Assembly: GCA_038895675.1 (NCBI GenBank)
Contig: JAWANB010000033.1
Coordinates: 1 to 10,110, forward strand
Length of the DNA: 10,110 nucleotides
Source: Candidatus Iainarchaeum sp.
Lineage (GTDB): Archaea > Iainarchaeota > Iainarchaeia > Iainarchaeales > Iainarchaeaceae
Direction of reading: 5' to 3'
Shown: positions 6,791-10,110 of the stretch, in pieces
Position numbering within the stretch: the first letter of the stretch is position 1
How the letters are laid out: every line of letters begins with the position of its first letter
The notes under the pieces: generated by a model
The model's database searches: none
What the model saw: only the letters and a program-made list of their open reading frames with translations
Told to the model about the DNA's origin: nothing
Program-made: the position numbers and the translations under genes

Positions 6791-7558
6791 TTATCTTACG
6801 TAGCTAAGGTTTGTTGGTGTTTCTTCTCTTTCTTCTAATTGTTTGTTTAGTTCTTGGAATGCTTTTTCTATTTGTTTTGCTTCTTTTGTGAGGCTTGTCA
6901 TGTCTATTTTGAAGTCGTATTTTTTTATTATTAGTTCAAGTACTTTTTGTGCTGCTCCTGGGTCTCCGTATATCATTCTTGAGCTTGTTTCTCCCATTAA
7001 GCAAGTTCCTTCTATGCCTTCTTCTTTTCCCATTCCTATTAATAGTCCTGCGATGCCGCTTATTAGTCCTATTGGCCTGTTTGTTATTGCTCCTATTTTT
7101 TTCCATTCTTCAAGCTTTTTCTTTGAGGTGCTTGCTACTGCTACTCTTGGTTCTTTTGTTAGTCTTTGTTCTCCTATGTTTAGGCCTGCTAAAGTGTATA
7201 TTTCGTTTAATCCTTTTTCTTTTAGTGCGTACAATATTGCTCTTGAGAATTCAAAATGTTCGTTTGGTGCTGAATTAATGTCTAATGTTGGTTGCACTGG
7301 GCCTGCTAAGAACAAGTAGTCTTTGCCTTTGTGTTTGTAGTAGTGTATTTCGTCTTTTATTAGTGTTGCTATTCCATTTTCTGTTTGGACGCTTGGTGGA
7401 AAAAAGTCAGAGTATATTTCTGCTACTTTTTGTGTTTTCAATTGTTTTAGCAAGTAATCAACACATATTTTCCCAACCAAGCCTATTCCTGGCAGGCCTG
7501 TGAATAAGGTAGCTTTTTTGAATTTTGTTTTTTTTATGAATTTTATTGTTGTGCTCAT
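6791..7558 (-). CDS. PAC2 family (proteasome assembly chaperone-like) protein
   Basis: LFTGLPGIGLVGKI.VDYL, IYTLAG, ISGIAGLLIG, CLMGET, DPGAA and C-terminal LSYVR. Sits downstream of aIF2alpha, as is usual for this family. Confidence 0.9.
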   Translation of the reverse strand: MSTTIKFIKKTKFKKATLFTGLPGIGLVGKICVDYLLKQLKTQKVAEIYSDFFPPSVQTENGIATLIKDEIHYYKHKGKDYLFLAGPVQPTLDINSAPNEHFEFSRAILYALKEKGLNEIYTLAGLNIGEQRLTKEPRVAVASTSKKKLEEWKKIGAITNRPIGLISGIAGLLIGMGKEEGIEGTCLMGETSSRMIYGDPGAAQKVLELIIKKYDFKIDMTSLTKEAKQIEKAFQELNKQLEEREETPTNLSYVR

Positions 7559-7564
7559 TTTTTT

Positions 7565-7570
7565 TCACCT
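7565..7570 (-). promoter_or_regulatory. Shine-Dalgarno AGGTGA for the PAC2 gene overlapping the aIF2alpha stop codon
   Basis: The - strand reads AGGTGA aaaaaa ATG, and the TGA is the aIF2alpha stop (7567-7565). Confidence 0.7.
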
Positions 7571-8338
7571 TGTTTCTATTTTTTGGAATTCTGCTTTTCC
7601 GTTATTTGCTTTGGCTGTTTCTATTATTTCTGTTGCTACTGTGTTTAGTATTTTTTCTGCGTTTTTGTAGTCTATGCTTGTTGATTTTATTAAGTATTTT
7701 CCAGAGCCTTCGTAGAGCATTTCTACGTTTTTTCCGCCTTTTTTGAGTCCTGCTTGTAGAGTTTTTTTTAGTGTTTCTACTCCTTTTTGTCCTGGAAAGT
7801 AAACAAATATTCTTCCTTTGACCATTTTTTTTGGCATTTCTATGTTTTTTTCTACTATTTCTTTTAGTGGTTCTAACCATTTTTTTGGTATTATTTGGTT
7901 TACTTGTTCTGGTTTGATTAGTACTGCTTGGAATCCTTGGTAAAGATTATCAAATTTGTTTAGCAAGGGTTCTGCTACTTCGTCCCATGCTTTGTTGTAA
8001 GGTTCGTTGAGTTTTTCTGCGAGCATTTCTATTAGTTTTTGGCATCTTTTTGTTTGTCTGTATTCTTCTATTTTTTCTCTTTGTGCATTAGGCGGGACTT
8101 TTGTAAATGATATGTCTATTTGGTTTTTTTTCTCGTCTATTGCTATTACTTTTCCTGCTCTTATTTGTCCTTCTTTTACAAAGTTTCTTATGTTTTTTAT
8201 CCAACTTGAGCTTACGTTTGAAATGTGAACAAAACCTTGGACTCCTTCATATTCTAATAACTCTAAAAATACTCCGTAGTCTAACACTTTTGTTATTTTT
8301 CCTATTACTATTTCTCCTTGTTCTGGCAATTCTGTCAT
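7565..8338 (-). CDS. eif2a: Translation initiation factor aIF2 subunit alpha
   Basis: S1 domain LPEQGEIVIGKITKVLDYGVFLELLEYEGVQGFVHIS.VSSSWIKNIRNFVKEGQ, then IDIS; C-terminal GVETLKK and Y.GSGKY.I...DYK.AE. ATG at 8338 preferred; in-frame GTG at 8347 overlaps the gins stop. Confidence 0.95.
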   Translation of the reverse strand: MTELPEQGEIVIGKITKVLDYGVFLELLEYEGVQGFVHISNVSSSWIKNIRNFVKEGQIRAGKVIAIDEKKNQIDISFTKVPPNAQREKIEEYRQTKRCQKLIEMLAEKLNEPYNKAWDEVAEPLLNKFDNLYQGFQAVLIKPEQVNQIIPKKWLEPLKEIVEKNIEMPKKMVKGRIFVYFPGQKGVETLKKTLQAGLKKGGKNVEMLYEGSGKYLIKSTSIDYKNAEKILNTVATEIIETAKANNGKAEFQKIETR

Positions 8339-8343
8339 GGTGT

Positions 8344-8883
8344 TCACTTTATTTCAAGCATTTTTTTTGTTGCTAATAATTTTGCTATTTTTAATGGTAG
8401 TGTTGTTGTGGTTCCTTTTTTGTATGGTCCGTATTTGTGTGAGTCGCTGCCTGCAAATTCTGGCACGTCTGAAATAAATTCTACCGTTACATTATTTAAA
8501 TCCGTTCCGGGTTTGTTTTTTCCGTTAAATATTTCTTCTAATAATTTTTCGTGAACTTCAATTTGTTCTATTAGTTCTTTGTATAATTTTTTTTCTTGGC
8601 TTGCCATTCCTTCTTCGTTTATTTCTTTTGTTCTTGCTGTTGCTAATGCGTTATTAAGTATTTTTTTTTCTCTTATTGAGAATATTTCTTCTATCATTTT
8701 TTTTATGTTTGGAAAGTCTCTTGAGTATGAAGTGTTTTTGTTTATTGATTCAAGGTATTTTTGTTTTTCTTCAGCTATAAATTCTTGCACTTCGTTGTAG
8801 AATTCCACGTTAATAGGAACGAGTTTTGAACTGTTTTTTTCTAACCTGTGTATTCTTCTTATTTCGTCATAAGTTATTGTCAT
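8344..8883 (-). CDS. DNA replication complex GINS subunit, Gins51/Gins15 type (A domain then B domain)
   Basis: ITYDEIRRIHRLEK...L.PI...FY and EIFSIREKKI helical A domain; C-terminal VEFISDVPEFAGSD...YGPY..G....LP..IA.LL B domain. Immediately after priS. ATG at 8883; alternative GTG at 8892. Confidence 0.88.
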   Translation of the reverse strand: MTITYDEIRRIHRLEKNSSKLVPINVEFYNEVQEFIAEEKQKYLESINKNTSYSRDFPNIKKMIEEIFSIREKKILNNALATARTKEINEEGMASQEKKLYKELIEQIEVHEKLLEEIFNGKNKPGTDLNNVTVEFISDVPEFAGSDSHKYGPYKKGTTTTLPLKIAKLLATKKMLEIK

Positions 8884-10108
8884 TTTTCTCACTTTTTTGT
8901 TTTGCCATTACTATAAATGCAGCATACGTTGGTAATATTACTTCTTCGTTATTATAAGGTCCAAATTTTTTTCCTTTTAGCATAAACTTTGGCGCTATTG
9001 CGTTTTGGACTTTTATTTCATTTTCTGGAAGTACTACGCATTCTTTTAATGGGTCAAAGTCTTTTAATTTTTCTTGGTCTATTGTTTTTGCTATTAATCC
9101 TGTTTCTCCGTGAATTGTTTCTGGTACTCTTATTATTTTGTTTATGTCTATTGAAGTTTGTCTATCTATTTTTATTGTTTTTTTTGTTATTGCGTTCTTT
9201 ATTATTTCTTGCCAAAAAAAGTTTCCTTTGGTTCCTTGTAGGTTTATTAGTTTTCCGTTTTCCATGTTTTCTATTATTTCTTGTTTTTTTTCTAAGATTT
9301 TTTTTGCTGTTTCTATTGGTCTTTTTTTTGGCATGCCTTTTCTTGCTATTTCTGCTAGTTCTTCTTCGTTTGTTTGTTCTAAAGTTTCTTGAATGCCTTC
9401 TAATATTTTTTTTTGCCATCCTTTTGCTTGGCTTTTTTTCGGACATTTATAGTATGTTTCTTTTTTTTCTTTTTGTTGTAAGTCAAAGCCTAGGGCTTTT
9501 ATTTCTAAATTGGTGCCTGTGATATAGTCCGTGAGTTCTGTTCTGGCACTTTTAGATAGTTTCTTTATTTCTTTTGCTCTTACATGGACGTGAAAGCCTT
9601 TGTGGCCTGAGTAGTTTATTGTTATTCCTTCGTTGAATCCAAAATCGTTTTTTAAGAGTTCTAATAGTTTTTGTGTTTCTTTTTTTACTTCTGTCAAACA
9701 ATTTTCGCATACCCATTCGTTTGTTATCGTGCCTGAACCGCATTCTGGGCATTCTCTCAGCAGTCCTTTTCCGTTTGCTTTGCAATTAGGGCATTCCCAT
9801 GAGTCATGGTTTTGTTTGCATTCTGTGATAAAGTCATCTGCGTCAAACTCAAAGACCAGGTCTGAGCCAATAATTTTTTTTGCTTCCATTGGTTTTGCTT
9901 CTGGTTTTTCGTATAGTGCTGCAGAATATGAAACGTAAAAAGGTGCTTTTTCTCTTAGAAAGTTGTTGAATTCTTGCGAATTTTTGAATGCTAAATGTCT
10001 GTTAGTTATTTTTTTTCCGAGTTCTCCTTTTCCGAATTCTCTTTTTTCTATTTCTGGTATTGAGTCTATGTATGTTGATTTATAGTATTCTGCTATTAAG
10101 TTTTGTAG
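8867..10108 (-). CDS. priS: DNA primase small (catalytic) subunit PriS, 5' end outside window
   Basis: By my translation the frame stays open upstream of the track's ATG at 9889 to the window edge: LQNLIAEYYKSTYIDSIPEIEKREFGKGELGKKITNRHLAFKNSQEFNNFLREKAPFYVSYSAALYEKPEAKP-MEAKK. It contains REFG, RHLAF, YSAALYEKP, DLVFEFDAD, YSGHKGFHVHV and IDRQTSIDINKIIRVPETIHGETG. Confidence 0.95.
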   Translation of the reverse strand, partial: LQNLIAEYYKSTYIDSIPEIEKREFGKGELGKKITNRHLAFKNSQEFNNFLREKAPFYVSYSAALYEKPEAKPMEAKKIIGSDLVFEFDADDFITECKQNHDSWECPNCKANGKGLLRECPECGSGTITNEWVCENCLTEVKKETQKLLELLKNDFGFNEGITINYSGHKGFHVHVRAKEIKKLSKSARTELTDYITGTNLEIKALGFDLQQKEKKETYYKCPKKSQAKGWQKKILEGIQETLEQTNEEELAEIARKGMPKKRPIETAKKILEKKQEIIENMENGKLINLQGTKGNFFWQEIIKNAITKKTIKIDRQTSIDINKIIRVPETIHGETGLIAKTIDQEKLKDFDPLKECVVLPENEIKVQNAIAPKFMLKGKKFGPYNNEEVILPTYAAFIVMAKQKSEKNDNNL

Positions 10109-10110
10109 TA

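Noticed and set aside
6791..6805. HbYX proteasome-gating motif at the PAC2 C-terminus
   Set aside because: It ends LSYVR with Tyr third from last, not penultimate. This resembles the ordinary Y-hydrophobic-x ending of the aIF2alpha-linked PAC2 family.
7602..7880. Lys/Arg/Asn-rich - strand ORFs resembling ribosomal or nucleic-acid-binding proteins (also 9162-9446, 9552-9785)
   Set aside because: They are alternative frames within aIF2alpha and priS caused by A-rich codons, with no L44e, S27e or Nop10 Cys motifs.
8989..9522. Leu/Phe-rich + strand ORFs resembling membrane proteins (also 1742-2035, 2525-2818, 2949-3173, 6949-7278, 7546-7746, 8107-8376)
   Set aside because: They are shadow frames over real genes. 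A-poor sequence rarely forms stop codons and translates to L/F/C/V.
9887..9889. ATG at 9889 as the PriS start
   Set aside because: The frame is open to the window edge and encodes conserved PriS N-terminal motifs (REFG, RHLAF, YSAALYEKP).

Overview
Gene-dense, very AT-rich archaeal chromosome segment made of housekeeping genes. A DPANN-type lineage is plausible but is inference only. Left to right: 5'-truncated membrane-type Lon protease (LonB, +); DUF373-like membrane protein with a C-terminal PRC-barrel-like tail (-); stomatin/SPFH protein (+); a csl4-rpoL-signal peptidase I operon (-); SpoIIM/DUF95-like membrane protein (+); and a tightly coupled priS (5'-truncated)-gins51-aIF2alpha-PAC2 operon (-). 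I see no RNA genes, CRISPR array, mobile element or defence system, and I cannot support a wholly new system. The most notable observations are: (1) an extreme T-over-A bias on the + strand regardless of gene direction, weaker at about 4.3-5.8 kb; (2) a Csl4 that has lost all four Zn-ribbon cysteines; (3) a PriS with ExD in place of the catalytic DxD plus an extra Zn ribbon; (4) absence of rpl44e, rps27e and nop10 from their usually conserved cluster; (5) a possible LonB/DUF373-PRC/SPFH/signal peptidase membrane-proteostasis neighbourhood; (6) two divergent gene pairs each with one symmetric TATA element between them.
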